Part shown: positions 9,628 through 20,804 of the stretch, in pieces
How the letters are laid out: each line of letters opens with the position of its first letter
Numbering within the stretch: position 1 is the first letter of the stretch
NCBI GenBank assembly: GCA_021785175.1
Contig: JAJYGH010000026.1
Location: forward strand, 67-64,066
Length of the DNA stretch: 64,000 nucleotides
Source: Chloroflexota bacterium
Lineage (GTDB): Bacteria > Chloroflexota > Limnocylindria > Limnocylindrales > CSP1-4
Direction: 5' to 3'
The notes under the pieces: generated by a model
The model's input: the letters and a program-made list of their open reading frames with translations, nothing else
Databases searched by the model: none
Told to the model about the DNA's origin: nothing
Program-made: the position numbers and the translations under genes

Positions 9628-10589
9628 CGGTACGTCGCCAGCGCGTCGAGCAACAGGTCCCAGAACCGCATGGCGTCGATCCGCGTCGGCACCGTCGCGT
9701 TCTTCGGCAGCCCGAGCACGTCGTCGACGTCGACGAGCGTCCGGCCGTACGAGAACTCCGCGCTCGTCTCGATGTCCACGTGCATCGGCTCCGCCTCGAA
9801 CATGGTCGGGTCGATGAGCCATGCCACGGCCGTCGGATCGTGGAGCGCGGGCCCGAACGACCGCCGGCGGCGGGACGTCGTGTCCCCGTAGAAGCGGAGC
9901 ATGGCGGCGCACATGTCGCCCACCGCGGTGCCCAGGCCGGCCACTCGTCCGATGATGTCGGGCGTCGCGATGACCTGGTGCGTCAGCTCCAGGCCGCACA
10001 TCGTGAGCGGGACGCCACTCTCGAAGACGATCCGCGCGGCCTCCGGGTCGACCACGATGTTGAACTCCGCGGCCGGCGTCCGGTTGCCGAGCCCCCACGC
10101 ACCGCCCATGAGCGAGATCTCGCGCAGGCGGGACGCGAGCCGCGGCTCGCGGCGCAGCGCTGTCGCGACGTTCGTCAGCGGCCCGATCGCGACCAGCGTC
10201 ATGGGCTCGCCGGCCGCCATGATCAGTTCGACGATCAGATCGACCGCGTGGCGCGGATCGACGTCGACCACGGGCGGGCCGAACGCGGGCCCGTCGAGAC
10301 CCGACTCGCCGTGAATGTCGCTGCCGACGATCTGGGCGCGCACGAGCGGTCGGTCGCAGCCCTGCGCGATCGGCACGCCCCGGATCCCGGCCACCGTGCA
10401 GATCCGCCGCGCGTTGAGCGTCATCCGGTCGACCGTGTGGTTCCCGGCCACCGTCGTGATCGCCCGCAGGTCGATCGCCGGCGACGCTGCCGCGAGCAGG
10501 ATCGCGAAGGCGTCGTCGAGGCCCGGATCGCAATCGAGGATGATCGGTCGGCGGCCGACGCCCCCCGCGCCCGTCGTGGGTCCGCTCAC
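9624..10589 (-). CDS. nucleoside hydrolase (IUNH family), paralog 3
   Basis: Motifs DCDPGLDD, IHGESGLDG, IGPLTN, AEFNIVVDPEAA, LHDP. GTG 10589 is coupled to the upstream stop. Confidence 0.9.
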   Translation of the reverse strand: MSGPTTGAGGVGRRPIILDCDPGLDDAFAILLAAASPAIDLRAITTVAGNHTVDRMTLNARRICTVAGIRGVPIAQGCDRPLVRAQIVGSDIHGESGLDGPAFGPPVVDVDPRHAVDLIVELIMAAGEPMTLVAIGPLTNVATALRREPRLASRLREISLMGGAWGLGNRTPAAEFNIVVDPEAARIVFESGVPLTMCGLELTHQVIATPDIIGRVAGLGTAVGDMCAAMLRFYGDTTSRRRRSFGPALHDPTAVAWLIDPTMFEAEPMHVDIETSAEFSYGRTLVDVDDVLGLPKNATVPTRIDAMRFWDLLLDALATYR

Positions 10590-11524
10590 GCCCCGTAGCT
10601 CGCGATCGCGCCAACCATCAGGTCCCAGAAGCGCGGCACGTCGAGCTTCGTCGCGACCTGCACGTTCTTCGGCAACCCGAGCACGTCGTGCAGATCGACG
10701 ACCGTCCGGCCGTACGAGAACTCCGCGTGCGTCTCGATATCGACGTGCGCGGGCTGCGTCTCGACCATCGTCGGGTCGATGACCCAGGCCACCGCCGTGG
10801 GATCGTGAAGCGGCGGCCCGTCGAAGCCGTGCATCCGCCTGTACGTGCTGGCGAAGAACTGGAGCATCTCGACCGCGAAGTCGCCGAGCGGGGTGTGCAG
10901 GTCGGCGAAGCGCTGGATGATGTCGGGCGTCGCCTTCGCCTGGTGCGTCAGCTCCAGGCCGCACATCGTGAGCGGGACGCCGCTCTCGAACACGATCCGG
11001 GCGGCCTCCGGGTCCACGAGGATGTTGAACTCGGCCGACGGCGTCTGGTTGCCGAAGCCCCACGCGCCGCCCATCAGCGAGATGTGGCGGATCTTCGGCA
11101 GGATCCGCGGCTCCCGGCGCATCGCCATGCCGATGTTGGTCAGCGGCCCGGTGGGCACGAGCATGATGTCGCCGTCCGACGCCATGAGCAGCTCGACGAT
11201 GAGATCGACGGCGTGGCGCGGGTCGAGCGGCACGTCCGGCTCGCCCGCGAATGTGGGGCCTTCCAGGCCGGACTCCCCGTGGATGTTCGCCGCGACGCGT
11301 TGCTCCCGGACGAGCGGCCGATCGCACCCCGCGGCGATCGGCACGTCCCGGATCCCGGCGCGGCTGCACACCCGGCGCGCGTTCAGCGTGGTCTTCGGGA
11401 GCGTCTGGTTGCCCGCGACGGTCGTGATCGCGAGGAGATCGATCTCGGGCGATGCGTTGGCGAGCAGGATCGCCATCGCGTCGTCGTGGCCGGGATCGAC
11501 GTCGAGGATGATCTTCTGTGACAC
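10586..11524 (-). CDS. nucleoside hydrolase (IUNH family, RihA/RihB-like), paralog 2
   Basis: Motifs DVDPGHDD, IHGESGLEG, TGPLTN, AEFNILVDPEAA, GPPLHDP. Confidence 0.92.
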   Translation of the reverse strand: MSQKIILDVDPGHDDAMAILLANASPEIDLLAITTVAGNQTLPKTTLNARRVCSRAGIRDVPIAAGCDRPLVREQRVAANIHGESGLEGPTFAGEPDVPLDPRHAVDLIVELLMASDGDIMLVPTGPLTNIGMAMRREPRILPKIRHISLMGGAWGFGNQTPSAEFNILVDPEAARIVFESGVPLTMCGLELTHQAKATPDIIQRFADLHTPLGDFAVEMLQFFASTYRRMHGFDGPPLHDPTAVAWVIDPTMVETQPAHVDIETHAEFSYGRTVVDLHDVLGLPKNVQVATKLDVPRFWDLMVGAIASYGA

Positions 11525-11566
11525 GATTCTCTCCTGCGTGCGCGGTACCTGGTGTGGGGCGCCCGG

Positions 11567-12547
11567 TCAGGCGGCGGCCGCCGGGGCCGGGAGCGGATGC
11601 GTCAGCACCCCCACGAGCTGGTCGACGAAGCGGCGCGAATCCACCCGAAGAGCGACGCGCGTGAACGGGCCGCTCCGGCCCTCCGCCTCCATGTACTTCG
11701 GCCGCCGGTCGACCATCGTCATGCCGCGCGTCGGGCCTTCCGCTCGCGCGACGTGCACCTCGACGTCGGCCGACGACATCACGAGCGACGGCTCCACGGC
11801 CACCCCGGCAGCGAGGGGGTCGTGCAGCGGGCAGATCCGGCGTCCGCCGAAGCTCCGAGCGTAGACGCCGAGGTAGTGCTGCAGGATCGCGGTCGCGAAC
11901 CGGGCCTGCGGCGTATCCGCCGCCGCGATCGCCTCCAGCTCCGGTTCCTCGAGACGCGTCTCCATCGTGACGTCCAGGCCCACCATCGTGACCGGCCAGC
12001 CGGCGTTGAACACGAGCTCGGCCGCTTCCGGGTCGTGCCAGATGTTGGCCTCCCCGAAGGGCGCCGCGTTGCCCACGCCATCGAACGACCCGCCCATGAG
12101 CGTCACCGAGCGGATGAGACGCGGGAGGTCCCGGTCCATGACGAGGGCCGTCCCGAGGTTCGTCAGGGGTCCGGTCGCCACGACGTCGTACTCGCCCGGT
12201 CGCTCGTGCGCGAGCCGGATCAGCTGCGCGACCGCGTGCTCCCTCGTCGGCCCGCGCCGCGGGTCCGGCTGGTTCGTGTTCCCGAGCCCGTCGTCGCCGT
12301 GCACCCAGCCCGCGGTCGCCAGCTCCTGCGCCATCGGGCGCCAGCACCCGACCGCGACCGGCACGTCGTCCAGCCCGCAGAGCTCGAGCACCCGCCGCCC
12401 GTTCTGCGCCGCCAGTGACGCCTCCACGTTTCCGTGCACGCTGCCGACGGCCGTGATGCGGACGCCGGGACGACCGGCCAGGTAGAGCATCGCGAGCGAG
12501 TCGTCGACGCCGACGTCCATGTCGAGGATGAGCGAACGAGGTTCCAC
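11567..12547 (-). CDS. nucleoside hydrolase (IUNH family), paralog 1
   Basis: Motifs DMDVGVDD, VHGDDGLGN, TGPLTN, EANIWHDPEAA, CPLHDP. Confidence 0.9.
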   Translation of the reverse strand: MEPRSLILDMDVGVDDSLAMLYLAGRPGVRITAVGSVHGNVEASLAAQNGRRVLELCGLDDVPVAVGCWRPMAQELATAGWVHGDDGLGNTNQPDPRRGPTREHAVAQLIRLAHERPGEYDVVATGPLTNLGTALVMDRDLPRLIRSVTLMGGSFDGVGNAAPFGEANIWHDPEAAELVFNAGWPVTMVGLDVTMETRLEEPELEAIAAADTPQARFATAILQHYLGVYARSFGGRRICPLHDPLAAGVAVEPSLVMSSADVEVHVARAEGPTRGMTMVDRRPKYMEAEGRSGPFTRVALRVDSRRFVDQLVGVLTHPLPAPAAAA

Positions 12548-12617
12548 GCGGGCCTCCAGGTTCTGTCGGGCTGCGATCCGGGCCCCGGTGGCGACCGCCG
12601 GCCGGGCAGCGCCGATG

Positions 12618-13550
12618 TCAGGCGATCCGGTTGCGGCGGCGGCGCATCATCGCGAACGCCAGCGCGACCAGCGTGACGACGTAGGGGATCGTCAGGACCA
12701 GGTCGGGCGAGATGTTGAAGCTCGGGATGACCTGGATCCGGTCGGCGACCGCGTTCGCCAGCCCGAACACGGCCGACGCGATGAGCGATCCGACCGGGGT
12801 CGCGTTGCCGAAGATCTCGGCCGAGAGCCCGATGAACCCGACGCCGTTCGTCATCTCGCGGATGAACTCGTTGAGCGTCGCCATCGCGATCTGGGCCCCG
12901 CCGAGGCCCGCGCACGCGCCGCTGATCATGACGGTCAGGATCTTGAGCGTGGTCGGGTTCAGGCCCGCGGCCTCGACGGCCTCCGGGTTCTCGCCCGTCG
13001 CCCGGATGTGCAGCCCGATCTTCGTGCGGTACAGGACGACGTGCGAGACCACCACCAGGACCAGGGCCAGGAACACGATGAACGTCTGGCCGTTGAGCAT
13101 GTGGTAGAGGATCCCGAGCCCGGGCTGGTTCGACCAGTCGGGCGGCAGGTTGAGGCTCCAGATCTGCGGGAACGTGGACGGCGTGTAGCTGCCCTCGTTG
13201 TTGTAGAGGCGCTCGAGCAGGAACACCGTGAGCCCGTCCGCGAGCAGGTTGATGCCGATGCCGGCCACGAAGACGTCCGCGCCGAGCACGAGCACGACGT
13301 AGGCGAACAGTGCCGACATCGCCATCGCGGAAAGGATCGCGCCGAGGATCGCGAGCGAGACGCTCTGCGTTGCGGCGCCGACGGCGATCGAGAAGAACGC
13401 CGCCGTCAGCATCATCCCCTCCATCGCGATGTTGAGGATGTTCGCCTGCTGCGTGAACACGCAGCCGATCGCAGCGAGCAGGATCGGCGTCATGTAGAGG
13501 AGGAGCGCGCCGAGGAGATCGGCGTTGACGAGCTGTCCGAGCGAGCTCAT
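12618..13550 (-). CDS. nucleoside ABC transporter permease (NupC-like)
   Basis: Motifs NIAMEGMML, GLHIRATGENPEAVEAAG, TIPYVVTLVAL. ATG overlaps the previous stop (ATGA). Confidence 0.88.
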   Translation of the reverse strand: MSSLGQLVNADLLGALLLYMTPILLAAIGCVFTQQANILNIAMEGMMLTAAFFSIAVGAATQSVSLAILGAILSAMAMSALFAYVVLVLGADVFVAGIGINLLADGLTVFLLERLYNNEGSYTPSTFPQIWSLNLPPDWSNQPGLGILYHMLNGQTFIVFLALVLVVVSHVVLYRTKIGLHIRATGENPEAVEAAGLNPTTLKILTVMISGACAGLGGAQIAMATLNEFIREMTNGVGFIGLSAEIFGNATPVGSLIASAVFGLANAVADRIQVIPSFNISPDLVLTIPYVVTLVALAFAMMRRRRNRIA

Positions 13551-14643
13551 GCGGCGCTCGCCCGACGGCCGATCAGCCGGCCGAGACGCGGCCTGGCCTG
13601 CGCGGTCATGATGACCACGATGATCCCCTCGAGAATGTTCACGAGCGGGTTCGGGACGGGCGTCTGGATCTGCATGATGGCGGCGCCGTTCAGCAGGGCC
13701 GCGTACAGGAACGCCATTCCGAGCGTGCCCCACGGGTTGAGCCGACCGAGCAGCGCGGCCGTCAGGCCGAGGAACCCGAAGCCCGGCGAGAACCCCTGGT
13801 AGAAGCGGTGCTCGACGCCCATGACCTCGATCGCGCCGCCGATGCCGGCGATGGCCCCGGAGATGAACATCGTCTCGATCAGCGTCCTGCGGACGTTCAC
13901 ACCCATCGCCTGCGCGAACCGGCGGTTCGTGCCGGCGGATCGCACGTTGGCACCCCACACGGTCCGGAACATGAGGAACCAGGTCGCGATCGCGATGACG
14001 AGCGCGATGAGGAGGCCGACGGTGACGGCGGACGGCGGGAGGATGCCCGGCAGCCACGCCTGGCTGGCGATGTACGTGGTGGCCGGTGCGCCCGCCGTCG
14101 GGTCGCGGAACTGGTTGTCGACGAAGTACTGCGTGACGAGCATCGCGATGTAGTTCATCAGCAGCGTGCTGACGACCTCGTCGACCTCCCAGAAGGCCTT
14201 GAGCGCCCCGGCGATGGCCGCCCAGATGCCGCCCGCGACCGCTGCGACGACGATGATCGCGAGGATGAGGAGCGGTCCCGGCAGGCTCACGAACGTGAAG
14301 CCTGCGACTGCGCCCCAGAAGGCGCCGAGGTACATCTGGCCCTCGCCGCCGATGTTGAACGCGCCGCCGCGGAACGCGATGACGACGCACATGCCGGTCG
14401 TGATGAGCGGCGTGGCCTTGGCCAGCAGGTTGCCGAAGTCCAGGGCGTTGTCGAAGCTGCCGAAGAGGAACGCGTGGTACGCGGCCACCGGGTTCTCCCC
14501 GATGGCCACGATCAGGACGATGCCGAGGATCAGCGCGAACGCAAGCGTCAGCGCGGGCTGCACGAGCGCGTCCGCGACGGATCGCAGGCCCGCGGCGGCG
14601 CGCGTCCGGAGAGCTTCGTCCTGGTCGATGACGCTGCCTTCGC

Positions 14644-14647
<4 letters not shown>
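13547..14647 (-). CDS. nucleoside ABC transporter permease (NupB-like)
   Basis: Motifs FNIGGEGQ, DEVVSTLLMNY, GFGFLGLTAALLGRLNP. Confidence 0.88.
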
Positions 14648-16182
<1,535 letters not shown>

Positions 16183-16240
16183 GTCACGAGTACCCGTCTC
16201 CCGCTGGCCCTCGCGGTGCCATCGGGCTCCGGAGGGAGGA

Positions 16241-16273
16241 ATCCGCCGGGGACGAGCGCGCGCCCCCGGCGGA
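16241..16273 (-). terminator. stem-loop just downstream of the binding-protein gene (partial terminator or mRNA stabiliser)
   Basis: TCCGCCGGGGG (16241-16251) pairs with CCCCCGGCGGA (16263-16273): 11-bp stem, 14 nt past the stop at 16288. Confidence 0.55.
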
Positions 16274-16287
16274 CATGGAATGGGCGG

Positions 16288-17469
16288 TTACTGGCTGAAC
16301 GCGCTCTGGACCGTGACCTTGCCGCTCGCGACGTCCTGCTCGGCCGCGTTGAGCTTGTCGACCACGGACTGCGGGACGTCCTGCGTGTCGATGATCAGGC
16401 CGACGCCCTTCTGTGGAAGGCCGTAGTGAAGCAGCGTGCCCCACGGCGCGTTGCCGAGGATCGCGGCCTTGATCTGGTCGTACAACGAGTTGCCGACCTC
16501 CTTGACCATCGACGCCAGCACGTGGCCCGGGTACAGGTTGTTCTGGTTCGAGTCGACGCCGATCGAGTACTTGTTCGCCTGGGACGAGGCCTTCAGCACA
16601 CCGAGGCCTGCTCCGCCGGCGACGGCGAACACGATGTCTGCGCCCTGGTCGTACATCGCCTGGGTCAGGTTGTACGCCTTGTTCGCGTCGTTGAAGTTGC
16701 CGATGTAGGAGACGAGGATGTTCGACGGCTTGATCCCGACGGACTCCGCGCCCTGCTTGTAGCCGTCGACGAAGTCGTTGATGACCGGGATGTTCATGCC
16801 GCCGACGAGGCCGATCTTGCCGCCGCCGCTCGACAGCTTGAAGTCCGTCTTGTCGGTCGCGACGATGCCCGCGAGCACCCCCGCCAGGTACGACCCGTCG
16901 TTCTGCTTGTACTCGATGCTCAGCACGTTCGCCAGTGCGACCTGATCGTCGAACTGGATGTAGTGCTGGTTCGGGTGCTGCTTGGCGACCTGGGTCAGGT
17001 TGTCGTGCTGCTGCGTGCTGCCGGTGATGACCAGGTTGTAGCTGCCGTCGGAGACCGACTGCAGGTTCTGCAGCCACTGCGACGGGTCGGTCGGGGATGC
17101 CTGCAGCACCTTCGTCTGGATGCCGAAGTCCTGCGCGGCCCGCATCACGCCGGCGTTCGCCGAATCGAAGAAGCCCTTGTCGCCGAGCGTCCCCGGGATC
17201 ACGAGGGCGACCTTGAAGTTCTGATCGTGCGGATTGGCCGCCGACGTGGACGCGCCGGGGACGGCGGACGCGGCGGAGGCCGCAGCGCTTGCGGGTGCCG
17301 AGCTGGCCGGCGCCACGGCGGAGGCCGCAGCGCTTGCGGGTGCCGAGCTGGCTGGCGCCGCCGCACTGCCCGGCGCCGTCGTCGCGCCCGACCCGCAGGC
17401 GGCCGACAGGAGGGTCGCGGCGACGAGGATCGCCGGCACCCGAGTCTTGGTGAACCACGAGTTGGTCAT
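16288..17469 (-). CDS. BMP family nucleoside-binding lipoprotein
   Basis: Lipobox LSAAC, Ala/Ser/Pro linker, motifs LGDKGFFDSA, GADIVFAVAGGAGLG, IGVDSNQ; GAGGAG RBS before ATG 17469. Confidence 0.9.
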   Translation of the reverse strand: MTNSWFTKTRVPAILVAATLLSAACGSGATTAPGSAAAPASSAPASAAASAVAPASSAPASAAASAASAVPGASTSAANPHDQNFKVALVIPGTLGDKGFFDSANAGVMRAAQDFGIQTKVLQASPTDPSQWLQNLQSVSDGSYNLVITGSTQQHDNLTQVAKQHPNQHYIQFDDQVALANVLSIEYKQNDGSYLAGVLAGIVATDKTDFKLSSGGGKIGLVGGMNIPVINDFVDGYKQGAESVGIKPSNILVSYIGNFNDANKAYNLTQAMYDQGADIVFAVAGGAGLGVLKASSQANKYSIGVDSNQNNLYPGHVLASMVKEVGNSLYDQIKAAILGNAPWGTLLHYGLPQKGVGLIIDTQDVPQSVVDKLNAAEQDVASGKVTVQSAFSQ

Positions 17470-17557
17470 CTCGCTCCTCTCCACGGTGGTCACGAGTCCA
17501 TAGGGCACGAACCCCACTCCCCACTCGGTCGTCGCGTGACCGCGTCACGCCGTCGGT

Positions 17558-18523
17558 TCACATAGGCAACCCCCCGGCCGGCACCGACGACGGTACGAGC
17601 TCGTCAACCCGCACCGAAGCGGCGAGCTCGCGCGCCTCGCCCCGAGCCGGCAGCGACGGCTGCGCTCCCGCCCGCGTCGTTGCCAGCGATCCGGCCGCCA
17701 CGGCGAGGGCGAGCGCGCGCTCCTCCGTCAGGCCCTCGGCGATCGCGACCGCGAGAGCGCCGACGAAGGCGTCGCCCGCCGCGGTCGTGTCGACGACCGC
17801 GACGTCCGGGGGGTCCGCGTGCCACGCGGACTCGCGCGACACGAGGACGGCTCCCCGTGCACCGAGGGTCACGGCAACGAGGCCCGGACCGCTGGGAAGC
17901 AGAGCGCGCGCGGCGCGCGCGGCCTCAGACACACCGCGCACGGGCAGTCCCGACAGCTGCGCGGCCTCGACCTCGTTGACGACGAGCGTGTCGACGCCAC
18001 GGAGGAGTCCGGGATCGACGCCGGGCCGGACCGGCGCGGCGTTGAGCAGGACGTGCCATCCGCGGCCGGCGCCCATCTCGATCGCCGACGCGACCACGGG
18101 GACGGGGATCTCGAGCTGCAGGACGAGGACGGCCGGCTCGTCGGAGACGGCGACCGCCTCGAGGTCGGCCAGCGCCGTGCGTTCGTTCGCCCCGGCGGCG
18201 ACGACGATCGCGTTCTCTCCGTCGCGCCCGCGAAGGATGAACGCCGATCCGCTCGGGACCGCGGGGTCGTCGACGATGGCGTCGGAGACGCCGCTCGACG
18301 CGAGCGCACCACGGAGCGACGTGCCGGCCCCATCCCGCCCCACGCGTCCCACCATGAGCACAGGGGTGTCGCCGAGACGCGCGGCCGCAGCCGCCTGGTT
18401 CGCGCCCTTGCCCCCCGACGCCACCGCCATGGACCTCGCGATGATCGTCTCGCCCCAGTCCGGGCGGCGATCGACGTCGAACGCGACATCCTGGTTGAGG
18501 CTGCCGAAGCACACGATCCTCAC
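17558..18523 (-). CDS. rbsK: ribokinase
   Basis: Motifs GSLNQD, GGKGANQA, LQLEIP, NAAP, NEVEA, DTTAAGDAF. Confidence 0.88.
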   Translation of the reverse strand: MRIVCFGSLNQDVAFDVDRRPDWGETIIARSMAVASGGKGANQAAAAARLGDTPVLMVGRVGRDGAGTSLRGALASSGVSDAIVDDPAVPSGSAFILRGRDGENAIVVAAGANERTALADLEAVAVSDEPAVLVLQLEIPVPVVASAIEMGAGRGWHVLLNAAPVRPGVDPGLLRGVDTLVVNEVEAAQLSGLPVRGVSEAARAARALLPSGPGLVAVTLGARGAVLVSRESAWHADPPDVAVVDTTAAGDAFVGALAVAIAEGLTEERALALAVAAGSLATTRAGAQPSLPARGEARELAASVRVDELVPSSVPAGGLPM

Positions 18524-19518
18524 CCGAACGCCCTCGTCGACTCGCGGACGACCAGCCGGGGTCGCAGCCGGACATGGGTTGGAGCCCCCCTGGCACGCGC
18601 GTCAAGCGCCACCCGCACCGCCTCGGAGCCCATGCGGCGGGCGGGCTGGTGGATCGTCGTCAGCGCGGGTCGCGAATAGGCCGCGAACTCGAGATCGTCG
18701 AAGCCGACGACCGAGACGTCCTCGGGGACCCGGACGTCATGCGCCGCCAGCTCGCGGATGAACGCGAGGCCGGCCAGGTCGTTGGGCGCGGTGACGGCGG
18801 TCGGGCGGAGCTTCAACCGGAGAAACGCGCGGGCCGCGCGGACGCCATCCTCGGTGGTGAACCCGCCGGGCACGATGACGGGCTCGAGTGACCGTTCCTC
18901 CATCGCCAGGGCATAGCCGTGAAGGCGATCGCGAGCGGTGGACGTGTCCGCCGGTCCCGAGACGCACGCGATGCGCGTGTGCCCGAGCTCCAGCAGGTGT
19001 TCGGTCGCGAGCCGGCCGCCGAGGGTGTTGTCGACGGTCACGCTCGGGAGGTCGAGGCCCTCGATCAGGCGGTCGACGAGCACGATGGGGCACCGCGGGA
19101 CGAACTCGAGCAGCGTCGCCGCCGACGTCTCCGCGTTCGGCACGACGATCACGAACGGGACCTGGAGCGGGACGAGCGACTCGAGGTACTGCCGTTCCAG
19201 GTTCTCGGCGCTCTCCGTGTTGCACAGGAGCAGCGCGTACCCGGCGCGCCGCGCGGTCTCCTCGGCGCCGAGCGCCACGGCCGGGAAGAACGCGTTTGCC
19301 ACGTCCGGGATCAGCAGCGGCACGATCGGCGCGCGCTGCTGGGTGAGGGCGCGGGCGAGCAGGTTCGGGGAGTACCCGAGCGCCGTGGCCGCGGCCAGCA
19401 CTCGGTCGCGTGTCCCGCTCGGCGATCCATCCCGTTCGCGCAGGATCCTGGAGACCGTCGACGCGTGCACGCCCGCGGCGGCGGCGACGTCCCTGATCGT
19501 GACGCGGGTTCCTCCCAT
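18520..19518 (-). CDS. LacI family transcriptional regulator
   Basis: HTH TIRDVAAAAGVHASTVSRIL, YSPNLLARAL, VSVVGFDD, LTTIHQP. Confidence 0.92.
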   Translation of the reverse strand: MGGTRVTIRDVAAAAGVHASTVSRILRERDGSPSGTRDRVLAAATALGYSPNLLARALTQQRAPIVPLLIPDVANAFFPAVALGAEETARRAGYALLLCNTESAENLERQYLESLVPLQVPFVIVVPNAETSAATLLEFVPRCPIVLVDRLIEGLDLPSVTVDNTLGGRLATEHLLELGHTRIACVSGPADTSTARDRLHGYALAMEERSLEPVIVPGGFTTEDGVRAARAFLRLKLRPTAVTAPNDLAGLAFIRELAAHDVRVPEDVSVVGFDDLEFAAYSRPALTTIHQPARRMGSEAVRVALDARARGAPTHVRLRPRLVVRESTRAFG

Positions 19519-19640
19519 CGGAACCTCGGCCCTCCTCGACGCTGTCGCGCCCGGGCGGCGCCTTGAAGTGAGTCCCCCGTCGCGCCCGAGCCGACGGCCC
19601 GTGCCGTGTGCTGCCCCCCGGCGAGGCCCGATTCCAGCTC

Positions 19641-19701
19641 GTGCGACCGGTTGCGCAACCGGTTGCGCGCTGGTATACGTTGCTCGTCGGGCACGTGTCA
19701 A
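19641..19701 (-). promoter_or_regulatory. sigma70-type promoter with overlapping LacI-type operators for the nucleoside operon
   Basis: Minus strand TTGACA (19701-19696), 18 nt, TATACC (19677-19672). Perfect 16-bp palindrome GCGCAACCGGTTGCGC (19653-19668) plus an imperfect copy GTGCGACCGGTTGCGC (19641-19656). Confidence 0.7.
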
Positions 19702-19741
19702 GCACCTTTCCCGAGAGACCGGGGCGGATGGAGGCGAGGCG

Positions 19742-20731
19742 ATGAACGAGGCCGGAGGTACGGGCTGGGACGCCGGACGGCCGGCAGCGGCCGGGAAGGG
19801 GATCTCGTCGGCGCTCCGGATCACACCCGAGGTTGCCGAGGCGATCGCCCGGGGCCGGCCCGTCGTGGCCCTCGAGTCGACGCTCATCACGCACGGGTTC
19901 CCGTACCCGGAGAACCTCCAGATCGCACGCGACAGCGAGGCCGCGATCCGCGCTCACGGAGCCGTCCCCGCGACCGTGGCCGTACGCGACGGCCGGCTCC
20001 TCGTGGGGCTGTCGGGCGACGATCTCGAGGCGCTCGCCACGTCGCGCGGCGCCGCGAAGGTCTCGCGCCCGACCCTTGCGGCCGGACTGCGACGGGGTGG
20101 CTGGGGGGCGACCACGGTGTCGGCGACGATGATCGCGGCGCACGCGGCGGGGATCCGCGTGTTCGCCACGGGCGGCATCGGCGGTGTCCACCGCGGCGCG
20201 CTCGTGGCCGCCGACGGCTCGCGAGGATCGCTCGACATCTCCGCCGATCTCGACGAACTGGCGCGGACGCCGGTCGCCGTCGTCTGCGCCGGCCCCAAGC
20301 TCATCCTCGACGTCCCGCTGACCGTGGAGGCGCTCGAGACGCGCGGCGTCCCCGTCGTGACGATCGGGAGCGAAGAGGTCCCGGGATTCTGGTCGCGGAC
20401 GAGCGGCGTGCGTTCGCCGATCGTGGCGCCGGATATCGCCGACGCGGCCGGCATCGTGTCTGCCCAACTCGGGCTGGGGCTCGGTTCGGGGCTGCTCGTC
20501 TGCGCGCCCGTCCCGGAGTCGGACGCCGTCCCGCGCGAGGTCGTGGAGTCGGCGATCGGACGGGCGACCGCGGAGGCAGGTGAGCGCGGAGTTCGCGGAG
20601 CCGACCTGACACCGTGGCTGCTGGCACGCATCGCCGACCTGACCGAGGGCGCGTCGGTGCGCGCGAACCTCGCGCTGATCCGCAACAACGCGGGAACGGC
20701 GGCCGCGATCGCGGCGCTCCTGTCAGACTGA
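19742..20731 (+). CDS. psuG: pseudouridine-5'-phosphate glycosidase
   Basis: Motifs VALESTLITHGFPYPEN, GATTVSATM, FATGGIGGVHRG, DISADL, CAGPKLILD; GGAGG RBS. Confidence 0.92.
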   Translation: MNEAGGTGWDAGRPAAAGKGISSALRITPEVAEAIARGRPVVALESTLITHGFPYPENLQIARDSEAAIRAHGAVPATVAVRDGRLLVGLSGDDLEALATSRGAAKVSRPTLAAGLRRGGWGATTVSATMIAAHAAGIRVFATGGIGGVHRGALVAADGSRGSLDISADLDELARTPVAVVCAGPKLILDVPLTVEALETRGVPVVTIGSEEVPGFWSRTSGVRSPIVAPDIADAAGIVSAQLGLGLGSGLLVCAPVPESDAVPREVVESAIGRATAEAGERGVRGADLTPWLLARIADLTEGASVRANLALIRNNAGTAAAIAALLSD

Positions 20732-20804
20732 CGGAGCGGGCAGGAGAGGCATTCGCCCCGGGCGAGAGGCTCGCGTCTCGCGAGGGGTGTCGGGGGGCCG
20801 CCGG

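Noticed and set aside
7849..12347. Apparent long fusions in the ORF track (921 aa and 907 aa)
   Set aside because: The N-terminal parts are off-frame readings of upstream genes. The real starts are the coupled GTGs at 9627 and 10589.
17271..17360. 45-bp direct repeat in the BMP gene
   Set aside because: It encodes an ordinary Ala/Ser/Pro lipoprotein linker.
17470..17557. Purine riboswitch ahead of the nucleoside transporter
   Set aside because: The gap is short and has no purine-aptamer consensus; LacI operators already explain the regulation.
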